DNA from: Mobula hypostoma
Taxonomy: Eukaryota
Assembly (NCBI RefSeq): GCF_963921235.1
Contig: NC_086108.1
Location: forward strand, 56,484,001 to 56,548,000
Length of the DNA: 64,000 nucleotides
Direction: 5' to 3'
Shown: positions 13,361 to 26,400 of the stretch, piece by piece
Numbering within the stretch: the first letter of the stretch is position 1
Layout of the letters: each line of letters begins with the position of its first letter
Position numbers and translations under genes: made by a program
Notes under the pieces: model-generated
Databases searched by the model: none
What the model saw: the letters and a program-made list of their open reading frames with translations, nothing else
What the model was told of the DNA's origin: nothing

Positions 13361-13789
13361 TTTCATTAAATATTGTGTATTTAATGTTTCAGTAATATTG
13401 TAAATATATTGTGTGATTAAGCATTCTTTTTCATTTAAATAATTCATTACGGGTTATGTGTAGAAATATGTAAATTGTATACATTATCACGCCACCTCAG
13501 TTAAAGTAATTATGAAACTAGACTCGCCTTTTGGACTCCCTTGATTTTTTTTTCATTTAGTGTTATGATTTGGAGTTACAAAATATAACAGTGATGATGA
13601 GAAAGTTTTAAATTAACCCAAGTCGACTATCTACCTTTCGAAGCACAAGAAGTTTGAGTTTTTAAAAAAACGCTGCAAAAAATGGTGGAGTTTTAAAAAA
13701 GTGCAGCATGTGTTCTTGAAGAAAAAGCTTCAATTTTTTTTAAACGGCAGAAAATGGAAGAATACATGGGTTCGTAATCATGATAATAA

Positions 13790-16400
13790 AAGGGCTGGAT
13801 TTAGTGGGGCCGGGGCCCGCCCCTGCCAACACCGTGAAATGCTGCTGTACCAAGCAAGAAAAGGCAAGAACAAGAGCAAAGGTCATACTGGTCTAAATAT
13901 CAAAGCTGTGGACCAAGACATTGGTTTAGTACAATACGTAGGCTATAAACTTACAGGCCTTAGGAGGGAGGACAGAAAGTAATGCAGATTCGTAGTTTGA
14001 AGGACAGCATCTAAAGCACTCAAAAATTGACCTAGGCTTAGTTGGCTTAGTAAAGTTATGAGGGAGACAAAGTATGATGTATCCAATCTTAAATCTTTAT
14101 TTAGCTGTTGCTGCACATACCATAGGCCTTATCTCTCAAACAATGCCAAAGCATTTTTATCCGGTATTTTTCTCAACTGTGTGTTCTGAGAATGTAAAAT
14201 GGAAATGAGAGACAAAAAGGCCAAGAGACATGGCACTATGGCAAACTAGGAAACTTGACAATACTCCAACAATCTTTTTGAAAAATGAGATCTAGCACAT
14301 ACTAACCTATACTATACGTCGGTCTAGTATAGGGGTCCCCAACCTTTTTTGCATTGCGGACCGGTTTCATATTGACAATATTCTTGCAGCCCAGCCGACC
14401 CGGGGGTGGGGGGGAGGGGGTAGGGTTGCCAACGGACAAGAGTAGCAGTCAAATACGTTGTTTACCCCGAGAAAGACTACAATGACCATGAAGCCTTGCG
14501 TGGGCACCAGTGCGCATGTGTGTAGTGCTGCTCTTCAAATCGTTTCTGGCGATTCTGTTCGGGGGTGGGGGGGGGGTTAATCACGACTGGAATATAGGTG
14601 ATACGTGGCTAATACACTCAATTTTGTTTCTAAAAGGGTTTATCTGACGAATTTAATATTAAACACACAGCGCATATTTCCCTCGCATGATTATAGTGAT
14701 AAGTCAATTATCAGGGGAGGACAGGGGAGCTTGAAGTAAATATTGAACGAACTTCCAGTAGAAGTGGTAGAGACAGGTTCGATATTATCACTTAAATGAA
14801 AATTGGATAGGTATATGGACAGGAAAGGAATGGGGGGTTATGGGCTGAGTGCAGGTCAGGGTGAGAGTAGTGTTCGGCACGGACTAGACGGGCAGAGATG
14901 GCCTGTTTCCGTGCTGTAATTGTTATATGGTTATATAGGTCACTTACAAGTCAATAGCATCATAACATTTTAAGTAACGTTTGGATATTAAACATACTTT
15001 CCCCGTATGAACATATAAAATCATTGCAACACACCAATATCGCTGAATCAGTGGGAGCCCTGGGCTTGTTTTCCTGCAACAAGACGGTCCTATCGAGGGG
15101 TGATGGGAGACAGCGATACTCGAAGGAGGTTCCTTATGTCCAGTCTATTTAGTTTTCGTTGCATTCATTGCAGAGATATGTTGGAAGTGGAAGCAACATT
15201 TTCAGTGCATTCGTGGCTACCTCAGGATATTTAACCTTGACTTTGATCCAGAATACTGGCAGAGATGTTATGTCAAACATACTTTTCAGCCCGCCGTCAT
15301 TTGCAAGCTCGAGGAGTTGATCTCCTTCCCGTGTTGACATGGATGATGCGCGGGTAATGACCTCGCATGTGTAATGGCTCAACAGTGGGCGTGACAGGGA
15401 ATGAGGAAAGGTGCAGCTGACTCCTATCGCCAAATCATATCGTTTCCTCACAGCCCGGTAGCACATGCTTTGTGGCCCGGCACTAGTCCACGGCTCGGTG
15501 GTTGGGGACTGCTGGTCTAGTAGACACACACTGTTTTTGCAGTTCTGTATCTATTCTTCCGCTGTCAGACGCTAGTGTAATGTAGGTCAGTACAGTTTTC
15601 TTGTGGTGTTCACTATTTTCATGCTCTCCTATGCGCTCAGCGGCATGTTTCCAGTCGCTAAAGCCAGTTTCGAAGCTGGACTGACAGTTACCATCACTGA
15701 AGATGCGGCATGCAAAGCAAAACACACAGCCGGTGGAAGGGGAATATAAGAGCCATTGCCTTGATATGTACTCACCATTTATGAGCTTGCGTTTAAAGTG
15801 AAATTTGAAGAAAAAATGTCTCTGCTGTTTGTATACTCGTTCCGAAGCTTTGATATCCACATCCTTATTCTGGCAGGACTCCAGCCCTTTCTTAGTCCAG
15901 TATGCTCACTCGGACTGAATCATCTAACATCTCCTTTCCCCAGCAAGCAGGATCAGTGCTGTAAAGATCCTCAGTAGCGGTAACATTAACATTAATGGCG
16001 GCCCAACTTGGTTGTTCAGAGGCCTCTGTGGTCAAAGTCATGCTCTCTGCCTCTTCAATGGTAGCTGCTGACTGTGGTAAGGACAGCGGTCCTGTGCTAA
16101 TGCTGGTGCTAGCGCTAGCCGTTGAACAAGTCTCCATTTGTCCACCGGTCTCAGACTGTGACAAGAGCGATGGTACTGCTGCATCATCGAGAACAGGTTT
16201 AAAAAATTCTGTCAATTTCATTATCTTTTTTAATGCTTCTTTCTCACAGTCCTCTTTTTCTTTTTCCTTTTTTCTTTTCTGTGCTCCACTCCCGTATTTT
16301 TTTTTTGTCCGCCGTGATGATGGCTACCTATTTTGGGCCCCTCTGCAGCTCTGGCCCCTGCGCTGCAGCCCAGCCTAGCCCTGCCTAAAGGCCGGCCCCG
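13790..16400 (-). mobile_element. hAT transposon remnant (TTF zinc-finger, ZMYM1/Tip100-like) nested in the LTR element
   Basis: RQWLLYSPSTGCVFCFACRIF...GFSDWKH...HENSEHH ZnF_TTF domain; imperfect GC-rich termini agggctggatttag / ctaaaggccggccccg. Confidence 0.8.
14330..15514 (-). mobile_element. hAT-Charlie/Buster-type non-autonomous element nested in the TTF-hAT
   Basis: TIRs taggggtccccaacc / ggttggggactgctg; perfect 8-bp TSD gtctagta (14322-14329, 15515-15522); hATC fragment DQLLELANDGGLK...FW.KV...YPE...LLP...YLC; internal CR1 3' piece at about 14715-14930. Confidence 0.9.
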
Positions 16401-16740
16401 AAATAAAAAACCAGCAGAAATAGCTAGCTACATTGGAAAGATTGACATGTTTGATTACACAACAGATAACTGGATATTGTATATGGAGTGAATTGAGCAG
16501 TAGTATTTTAAAGCAAATGAAATAGTTGAAAGAAGTAAGTGCCAATTTTGCTGAGTGCATTGGGTTTAAAGCCATACAGCTTGCTTAGAAATTTAACTGC
16601 TTTAAAAGCTGGAAAAAGCTGGAAGAAGCTTTGCTGATATTGCAAAAGTAATACAAGAACATTTAGAACCAAAACCAATGTTGATTGCAGAATGCTGTAG
16701 GTTTCATAAGTGGAATCAAAAGGATGGGGAGTCCATTTCA

Positions 16741-17520
16741 AGGTTCAAGATCCAAAAAACTTTGTTGTCATTTTAACCATACATCAGCTCTGCAGGGCAG
16801 AATGAGACAGCGTTTCTCAGGAGCAGTGCAATCATAACATAACAAACGCAACACTAAATAATAAACATAACAATAAATAGTAAAACACAACAGCCACATG
16901 TCAGTTAAAATCAGTTATAAGTGTCCAGTGCAAGTTAAAAGTGTCCAAAGCAGAGTCAGCTAGAGCAGCTATTTAGCGCAGTCTGACTGCCTGTGGGAGG
17001 AAGCTGTTTAGTAGCCTTGTGGTTTTAGTTTTGATGCTCCTGTAACGTTTGCCTGATGGCAGAAGAACGAACAGTTCATGGAGAGGGTGTGAGGGGTCTT
17101 TAATGATGTACCGTGTCTTCTGGAGGCATCGACTCTGAAAGAGGTCTTGGACAGAAGGTAGGGAGACCCCAATAACCTTCTCTGCTCCCCTAACCACCCT
17201 CTGCAAGGCTTTTTTGTCGACAGCACTGCAGCTGGAGTACCAGGTTGTGATGCAAATAGTCTGCATACTCTCAACTACACCTCTGTAGAATGTAGTTAAG
17301 ATGTTAGTGGGGAGTGATGCTTGTTTAAGCTTCCTCGGAAAGTGCAATCTCTGCTGGGCCCGTTTCACAATCCCACTGGTGTTCCTGGACCAGGTGAGAT
17401 TGTCCGAGATCTGCAGCCCAAGGAACTTGATGTTTTCCACTCTCTCCACTGTGGAGCCGCTGATGCTAAGGGATGTGTGCTCAGGCTGAGACCGTCTGAA
17501 ATCGACGATCATCTCCTTGG
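16741..17520 (-). mobile_element. 5'-truncated Rex1/Babar-like LINE inserted in gag
   Basis: DUF1891-type ORF MIVDFRR...KFLG.QISDNLTW...KRAQQRL...LLPSGKRYRS...SF.PQA. gag frame rejoins across it with ttca duplicated. Confidence 0.85.
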
Positions 17521-18211
17521 TTCAGAGTACATAGCTGAATTGAAGAGATTATATAAGCATTGTCAGTTCGGTAATGACCTTAATGATGCACTGAGAGAAC
17601 GTTTAGTTCGTGGAATCTTAAAATAAAGCATTCAAAAATGGCTCCTAACAGAAGCACAGTCACGTTTAAAAGAGCTGTTAAGATACGTGGCTGGATCAAT
17701 GCAAACAGCTGACAGAGACGCAACTGAGTTGCAGCCAGGAATGAAAGTTAGTCTGAACAAAATTGCAATGTCTAAATAGAAACCTGCCTTACTGAACAAA
17801 TTATGTAACCATTGTGGCAGGGGCTTATATATACCAGACCAATGCAGGATTAAAGATGAAACCTGCAGAAAATGCAACTAAGTGGGACAAATACAAAGAG
17901 CATGCCGGTCAGACAAAAATAAATAAGACTTCAAAGGAAAGAGAAAAAGCTAAAAAGTTTTAGTTTCAAAAGAAGCACTAATCTGTATGCTATTGATGAA
18001 AAATCGATAATGATGAGGGATTAGGACTGAATAGCCTTGAGATTTACAATGTGAAAACTAACGATGGACAAGCAATAACTTGTCTTACACCAGAAGTGAA
18101 CAACAAACTAATTAAAATGGAATTGGACACTGGCTCAGCAGTTCTAGTCATTACACAAAATGAGGTTGAATGGCATTTCAAAGATACTGAACTGAAGCCT
18201 GCAGATATCGT

Positions 18212-19177
18212 ACGTCCACACTACGCCGCATAATTTTGAAAACGAAGCTTTTACTCTTCGTTTTGCCTTCCCGTCCACACTGAAACGGTGTTTTCAGCCC
18301 CCGAAAACGGAGATTTTCGAAAACACTCTCCAGAGTGAACAAATCTGAAAACGTTTAATATCCGGCATAGTGTGTACGGGGTAAACAGAGAGATTTAAAA
18401 ACGCTGTCATCACAACACCACAACAACAATGCTTTTTTCTGCTTCTGCTTGGTACTGCGCAAGCTGTTATAACGCGCAGTCGGTGTGAACGGCGTGAGAG
18501 TTAAATTGTAAAGTGAGCTTTTTTGGCTATTTAAAAACACTGTCATGACGTGCCGGAACAGATGTTCGTTGTTTTCTTGAACGCCACCACCTAACAATTT
18601 CAGAACAGACGGACGAGACTGAAGCCAGTTGACCCATAGCTTACTGAATAAATAAGTATACTCACTTCGCCCTGTTTTCTGTCCTTGCTTGTATGAAGGT
18701 GGTTTACCAATTTATGCAAGTACTTCTCTGACAATAGATGTGTAACATTGTATGGAAATATAAGATGACGCTGATGCAGACGTTTTATACATTTAACAAG
18801 GTGTTTTATTAATATAACAGAGTTAGTTTTTCAATGTTCGTCGTCAGCTGGGTTATACTGTCCGTGAACTCCCTGTTGGTTGCCTCCATACGCTCCAGTA
18901 TTTGTTTTTTTTTAAAGTTTTATTACCTCCTGTGCGAGAGCCAAGAAAGAGCAATTCCTTTAAAGTTTTTCTTCTCTGTAACTGGACAAACGCGCACGAA
19001 GTATACCGTTTCCTCTTCGCTTGTTTTCTGCATGTCCTGCATATGCCCAGTAGGAGGAGATTCGCCCACATATCCGCCTAATGTGGACGGAGATATTTTG
19101 AAAAACGCTTAGTGTGGACGCCTGTCGTTTTCACTCGAAACCGGCGTTTTCAAAATTATCCGGCGTAGTGTGGACCA
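18212..19177. mobile_element. MITE / non-autonomous DNA transposon (PIF/Harbinger-like TIRs) inserted in the protease region
   Basis: Inverted termini gtccacactacgccgcataattttgaaaacg / cgttttcaaaattatccggcgtagtgtggac with subterminal gtccacac repeats; no coding capacity. Superfamily is inferred. Confidence 0.75.
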
Positions 19178-19452
19178 GAGTAAAGATAACTCCTGTGGAA
19201 ATGGCATTCGAAGTGAAATACAAACACCGACAGGTCACATTGGGCTTGTAAGTGGTAAAAACAAAATGGCCAGCATTGTGGGGAAGTGAGTGGCAGAGAC
19301 AACTACGACTTGATTGGAGAGCCATCCACAATTTGTATGCCACCTCTCCTGCAATAAATTCAACTGAAAGCAAATTAAAGATGGTACTGGATGATGCAAC
19401 AACCGTCTCCGTGCTGTACACCATGAACTGTTGCCCAACAGAGAGAAAACGG

Positions 19453-19890
19453 CTGTTGGTGCCAACCTCTGTGGCTCTGGTTGGAAAGCATCTTGGGCCA
19501 AGGAAGAACCATACTGGCCAGTGGAATTGTGAACGTGATGAATTCAGTAGTCCAACTACAACAGCTTTTGTAGGCAATATATCTGAGGAAGCTGCTGATA
19601 TGTTAATCAGGCAGTTACTTGTGAAGTATGGCTTGGTTTTAACCTGGAAGAGAGTTCAAGGAGCTTCAGGAAAATTGCAGGCATTCAGTTCTTTTTGAGT
19701 GCAATGAACCAGAACCTACTGTGCGTGCATTTGATTTCTTGCATGAACTTCAAATGGGAGATAAAAAGCTTCTTGTAGAAGTAGAAGCAAAGACCAAAGC
19801 GCAGCTAGATGAATGGAAAGCCACAAAGAAAGGAATCAATGGAGATATGAAACTGAATATTCATCAAATGATGATATGAATGAGGAAATA
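19453..19890 (+). pseudogene. RBM25: Intronless RBM25 fragment (RRM region) captured inside the LTR element
   Basis: LLVPTSVALVGKHLGPRK...PTTTAFVGNISEEAADMLIRQLLVKYGLVLTWKRVQGASGKLQAF, then after a frameshift ECNEPEPTVRAFDFLHELQMGDKKLLVEVEAKTKAQLDEWKATKK. Matches my recollection of vertebrate RBM25. Confidence 0.9.
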
Positions 19891-20189
19891 CATTGATTAT
19901 GCTTTATTCTATGTTTAAGTAGTTCATTACGGGTTATATGTAAAAATACATAAATTGGATGTCATGAAGCAAGCACGTAATATGCGTGCACTTTACAGAC
20001 ACACATTTCTCGGCTCTCTTGTATTCCTTTCAACTAGTTTTTTAATGTTTCAGAGTTAAACAAAACATAACACTATGAATAATCTTCTCAAGATCCCTCT
20101 GTACTTCGGTGCTATAAAGAGGCCTACTATTTAACCTTTTCCTTCCATTAGACCTACCAGGTACAGCAACACACTGTTTGTTTATTTAG

Positions 20190-20395
20190 TGAGTCAGTGT
20201 AGAACAGGCCCTTCCAGCCCAATGAACAGTGCTGCCCAGGAACCCACCTATTTAACACCAGCCTAATCACAAGACAATTTACAATGACCAATTAACATAC
20301 TAACCAGTATGTCTTGTCTTTGGACTGTGAGCGCAAACCAGTGCATCTGGAGAAAAACCATACAGTCACAGGCAGAACGTACAAACTCCTTACCA
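20190..20395 (-). mobile_element. V-SINE (HE1-like) remnant
   Basis: Reverse complement contains ggagtttgtacgttct...gtttttctccagatgcactggttt, the V-domain pattern. Confidence 0.6.
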
Positions 20396-22199
20396 TCACC
20401 CAGATAAAACTCCACCTGCTGCTTCTAATCCCCATACCTGCAACAGATCTATATCCTGCTGCATCCTTTGATAGTCCTTTACACTCTCCACAACTCCACT
20501 AATCTTAGTGTCATCTGCAAACTTGCTAATCTGCCCTTCTACATTTTCGTCCAAAATCATTGATATATATCACAAACAACAGAGGTCCCAGCACCGATTT
20601 TTTGCACAATATCGCCGGTCACAGATCTCCAGCCAGAACAATAGCTTTTTATCTGTACCCTGTCTTATATGGGCAAGCCAATTCTGAATCCCAGCTTGTA
20701 GTTTACCCTGTATCAGACGCATCTTTATCTGCTGACTCAATCAATTTTGTAAGGCATGACCTGCCTGGCACTGACTGTCCCTAAACAAGCTATCCCTGAC
20801 AAATTTGCATAAATCCACAGTATCCCTTCTCCAATAGCTTCCCCATCACTGACATGAGGCTCACAGACCTATAATTACCTGATTATCCCCATTTCCCTTA
20901 CTGAACCAAAGCACTACGGCTTAAGTAACCAGTGTCAATTGCTAAGTGAAGATAAGTTGAAGAGTTAGCACAATTGATGACCATGTGGGGATAAAGCATA
21001 GGAGCACAAGAAATAAGTGGGGATGGCCTGATAGGTTGCTAATGTTTTAAAGGCTTCTGTTGGTTATTTGGGTACCAAAGCAACAGCTATCCCATGAAAA
21101 AAATACATAAATGCACGCTCCTCTCCTTAGTGAAAGCGTCACCCTCAGTGGGAGATGAAGACAGCCACATACAAATAAATTGGGGAAATGGGTTACACAG
21201 AATAAATAGTACTTCAGCTATCCCGATGTTAGCTATAACAGGCAGAAAATAAGCTTTTTAATCCCCCCCCCCACTGTACACAGAACATCTTTCTGATACA
21301 GAATGCAAGAAGCTCAGAAGAGATGATTTACAATGAATTGGAGCAGGATAGTTATTAGGCTACATTTCAATGTAATGTTTAGGATATCACGTGAGAAGGG
21401 CACACGTAAAGATGACTAGTATAGATCGGATGGGTTTATTTGAAGGACTGAGAGCAGGATGAAATTCCGAAAATAAATCGGACAATAATGGTAACAATAA
21501 TTTAACACAAGGATTCTTAAAACTAGAAGTACTGGAATATAAACACAAGAACAATTTATACTCCAGTGACATGGAGTAACTGAATGACAAAAACAACAAA
21601 GGATAGCAGAGGAGACCAAGGCAAAGAATACAAAGAAGTGTTTTAAGATTGAAAAGCAAAGAACAGAATTAACCAGAAACAGAACATTAAACATTCAACA
21701 TGCACAAAAACTAGCAATAGTAAAAAGGGCCATGAAAGAATGGTCAAGATAAAATTACAGGAAGAAATAATGATTAAAAACCAAATTGTTAATCTGGGAG
21801 AGTGGCAAAATGCAGTGTAGTGTATGCAGACTAAATTAAATTAGGGAATTACTTGCACAGTAATTCAAAAGAAGAAACATTTTCCAAATCCATGATAAAA
21901 AACCCTGGTCCAGACAGTTTGCAGCCACATATTAAAAATAAAAATAGGGAAAAGAAATGTTGTTTAAATTTATTAGAACTGAAATGACATAGATGAGGTA
22001 AAGCAATCAAGTATAAACACTCAAATTACAAAGTTTCAATGTAGGTATGGCAGGATTAAAACAAATTGATAAAGAGTTAGATTTAAAAAGTGCACAACTA
22101 AAGAAAACTTCTGTCAATAAGTTGAATTTGGAATATTGTGTACAAATCTGTCCACATAATAAAAACTAATATAGAGTCAATTAAAGTTTAAATACTGAG

Positions 22200-22370
22200 C
22201 TTGTAGCTCCTCCAGAGTTGTCCTAGCTCTCCTGGTGGCCTCCCTCACTATTCCCCTCTTGTTTTTGAGGACAGCCAGCTCTAGGCAGATTTACAGCTGT
22301 GCCATATTTTTTCCATTTCTTGATGATTGACTCCAAGGGATATTCAGTGACTTGGAAATTTTCATGCACT
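22200..22370 (-). mobile_element. Tc1 transposase fragment
   Basis: SIIKKWKKYGTAVNLPRAGCPQK HTH motif. Confidence 0.75.
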
Positions 22371-23068
22371 AGCTGTCCACTATCTATAACTCCTACAATA
22401 TTGTACACCTCTATCAAGGGTTCTCTCATCCTTCTTCATGCCAAAGAGAAAAGCCCTAGTTCACTCAACCTTTCCATGCAAGATATGTTTATTAATCCAG
22501 ACAGCATCCTGTCTGCACTCTCTCTAACCTTCCACATCCTTTCTGTAATGAGATGACCAAAAATGAGCAGAAAATACCGTGTGGTCTAATCAGAGTTTTA
22601 TAGTGCTACATTACCTTGGGGTTCTTGAACAGAATCCTCCACTTTATGAAGGCCAACATCCATCTGCCTTATTAACTGCCCTATCAACTAGCACAGCGAC
22701 ATTGAAAGATCTATGCACAAGGACCCCAAAAACTTTCTGTTAGTCCACACTACTAAGAATCCTTCTACTAAATTTGTACTCAGCCCTTTAAGTTCAATCT
22801 TTCTGACTATTTTCCAGATTGACTCCATCTGCTACTTCTCAGCCCAGCTCTGCATTATCCACAACATGACTAACCTTCTTGTCATCTGCACACCACCAAC
22901 CTTCAAGTCACCTGCTAGATTAGGATGTTGAAGTGAAAATCTTAAATAATGTATCAATAGCAGACACATTTGTGAAACAACTACTATGCATAAAATATTA
23001 AAGTCTATCATGGAAGGTCAGGAAAAATTAAAATAGCTCAGAGCCTTCATTCAATTAGAATTGAGTTA

Positions 23069-23470
23069 CAGTCACTATAAAAAGTATTCACCCCCTTGGA
23101 AGTGTTCATGTTTTACTGTTTTACAACATTGAATTTAATCTGGCTTTTTTGACACTCATCAACAGAAAAAGACTCTTTTGTCTCAAAGTGAAAACAGATT
23201 TCTCCAAAGTGATCTAAATTAATTACAAATATAAAACAATAAAATTGATTGCTTAAGTATTCACCCCCTTTAAAATGACACACCAAATTATCACCGGTGC
23301 AGCCATTTTGTTTTAGAAGTCACGTAATTAGTTAAATGGAGATCACCTGTGTGCAGTCAAGGTGTTTCAATTGATTGTAGTAAAATACACCTGTATCTGG
23401 AAGGTCCAACTGTTGGTGAGTCAGTATCCTGGCAAAAACTACACCATGAAGACAAAAGAACACCAAGCAA
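23069..23470 (+). mobile_element. Left end of a Tc1 (IR-DR type) element
   Basis: TA|cagtc...aagtattcacccc with the inner direct repeat aagtattcacccc at about 23255, followed by ATG AAG ACA AAA GAA. Confidence 0.75.
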
Positions 23471-26400
23471 CTACTTGGAACATTTAGATAATAGTCCGCA
23501 CTATTGTTCCTTTTACCAAAATGGATTATCGTACATTTCCCGCTGCTGTATTCCATCAGCCACTTTTTGCCTATTCTTCCAATTTGTCTAAGTCCTGCTG
23601 CAATTGTATTGCTTCCTCAGCACTACCTACCCCTCCACCTATCTTCGTATCATCCACAAGCTTTGCCTCAAAGCCATCAATTCCATTATCTAAACCATTG
23701 ACAAACAATGCGAAAAGCAGCAATCCCAATACTGATCCATGAGGAACACCACTAGTCACCAGCAGCCAAACCAGAAAAGACCTCCTTTATTCCCACTCAT
23801 TGCCTCCAGCCTGTCAGCCATTCCGCTATCCATGCCAGTATCTATCCTGTAAAACCATAGGATTTAATCTTGTTAAACAGCCTCATGTGTGGCACCTTAT
23901 CAAACACCTTCTGAAATCTAAGTAAATGACATCCATTGCCTCGCCTTTGTCCACCCTGCTTGTTATTTCCTCAAAGACCTCTTAACAGATTTGTCAGGCA
24001 AGATTTCCTTTACAGAATCTATGCTGACTTTGACTTATTTTATCACTAGTCTTCGAGTACCTCAAAACCTCATGCTTAATAATAGACTCCAACACTTTCC
24101 CACCACTGAGGTTAGGCTAACTGGCCTATAATTACCTTTCTTTTGCCTTCCTCCCTTCTTGAAGAATGGACTGGGATTTGCAATCTTCCAGTCCTCCGGG
24201 ACCATGCCAGAATCAAGTGATTCTTGAAAGATCATGACCAATGCATCCGTAATCTCTTCTGCAACCTCTCTCAGGACTCTGGGATATAGTCCATCTGGGC
24301 TAGGTGCCTTTATCCACCTTAAGACCTTTGAGTTTGCCTAGCACCTTTTCCTCTGTAATAGCGACGGCACTCACTCCTGCTCCCTGACACTCACGGACCT
24401 CTGGCACACAGCTCATGTCTTCCACAGTGAAGACTAATGAAAAGTACCCATTAAGTTCATCTGCCATTTCTTTGGTCCCCATTAATACCTCACCAGCATC
24501 ATTTTCCAGTGGTCCAATTCAACTCTCATCTCCCTTTTACTCTTACAACTGAAAAACATTTGGTATCCTGCTTTATATTTTTGGCTTGTCTACCCTCATA
24601 TTTCATCTTTTCCCTTTTTATAGCATTTTTATTTGCTTTTTGTTGGATTTTAAAAGCTTCCCAATCATCCAACTTCCCACTCACATTTGCTGCCTTTTAC
24701 ACCCTTTCCTTGGCTTTTATGCAGTCCTTAACTTCCCTTGTCAGCCATGTTGCCTAGCCCTGCCATTTGAGAGCAACTTCTTCTGTGGGACCTATCTGTC
24801 CTGCGCCTTGTGAAGTCTTCTCAAAAACTTCAGCCATTCCTGCTCTGCCATCATCCCCACCAGTACCAACCTCCAATCCACTTGGAGGAGCTCCTCTCTC
24901 ATGCCTCTGTAATTCCCTTTATTCCATTACAATACTAATTACATGTGACTTATGCTTCTCCCTCTCAAACTGCAGTACGAATTCAATCATATTGTGATCA
25001 CTGCCTCCCAAGCGTTCCTTGACGTTAAGTTCCTAAGTAAGATCTGTGTTATTACACAACACCCAATCTAAGATACCCTTTCCCCGAGCAGGGTCAAGCA
25101 CAAGCTGCTCCAAAAAGCCATTTCGTAGGCATTCAACAAATTCCCTCTGTTGAGATTTGCCACCAACCTGATTTTCCCCAATCCCCTTGTATACTGAAGT
25201 CCCCCATTACAATTATGTCATTATGCTTATTACATGCCTTTTCCAGCTCCCTTTGCAATCTCAACCCCACATCTTGGCTACTATTTGGAGGCCTATATAT
25301 GATTCCCATATGGCTTTTATTTTAAACCTTTGCAATTTCTTAACTCCACCTGTAAAGATTCAACATTCTCTGACCCTATGTCACCGATTTCTAAAGATAT
25401 CATTCCATCTCTTACCAACAGAACCATACCAGTGCCTATGCCTTCCTGCCTGTCCTTTCAATATAAAGTATATCCTTTAATGTGAAGCTCCCAACTACGG
25501 CCTTCTTCCAGCCACGTCTGTGATATCCACACTGTCATACTGACCAATCTCTAATTGCACTGAGTTCATCCACTTTATTCTGAATGCTACACGTTTAAAT
25601 ACAGTGCCTTCAGTCCTGCATTCTCTGCCCTTTTGAATTTTGCCTCTGTGATACAATTTAACTCTTTGTTCATCAGGGTCTCCATTTATAACTAATGTCA
25701 GCTGTTTTAGGGCAGCACAAGACCATAAGATATGGGAGCAGAAGTAGGCTATTCAATCATGGGTTGATCCAATTCTTCAAGTCATCCCCACTCCGCTGCC
25801 TTCTCCCCATACCCTTTGATGCCCTGGCTAATCAAGAACCTATCTATCTCTGCCTTAAATGCACCCAATGACTTGGCCTCCACAGCCGCTCGTGGCAACA
25901 AATTCCACAGATTCTCCACCCTCTAAAGTAATTTCTCCGCATCTCTGTTCTAAATGGACGTCCTTCAATCCCGAGGTCATGCCCTCTTGTCCTAGAATCC
26001 CCTACCATGGGAAATAACTTGGCCATATCTAATAAAGCCTTTTAACATTCAGAATGTTTCTATGAGATCCCCCCCTCATTCTCCTGAACTCCAGGGAATA
26101 CAGCCCAAGAGTTGCCAGATGTTCCTCATCCCTTTCATTCCTGGAATCATTCTTGTGAATCTTCTCTGAACCCTCTTCAATGTCAGCATATCCTTTCTAA
26201 AATAAGGAGCCCAGAACTGCACATGATACTCCAAGTGTGGTCTCATGAGTGCCTTATAAGAGCCTCAACATCACATCCCTGCTTTTATATTCTATACCTC
26301 TAGAAATGAATGCCAACATTGCATTCGCTTTCTTCACCACCAACTCAACCTGGAGGTTAACCTTTAGGGTATCCAGCACAAGGACTCCCAAGTCCCTTTG

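Larger units (their letters stand above)
13370..20072 (+). mobile_element. Non-autonomous Gypsy-type LTR element (LTR-gag-protease-captured RBM25 fragment-LTR) carrying nested insertions
   Basis: Diverged direct repeats at about 13370-13590 and 19892-20072 share ttcattacgggttat and end ...ATAACA. Decayed PBS gtgatgatgag (cf. TGGCGACGAG) at 13591. gag QKDGESIS|EYIAELKRL...ALRERLV, CNHC/CRKC knuckles, IKMELDTGS protease. Confidence 0.8.

Noticed and set aside
19252..19698. Functional RBM25 gene or intact fusion protein
   Set aside because: Frameshift within the RRM near 19690 and stops in the upstream gag/protease; only a fragment is present
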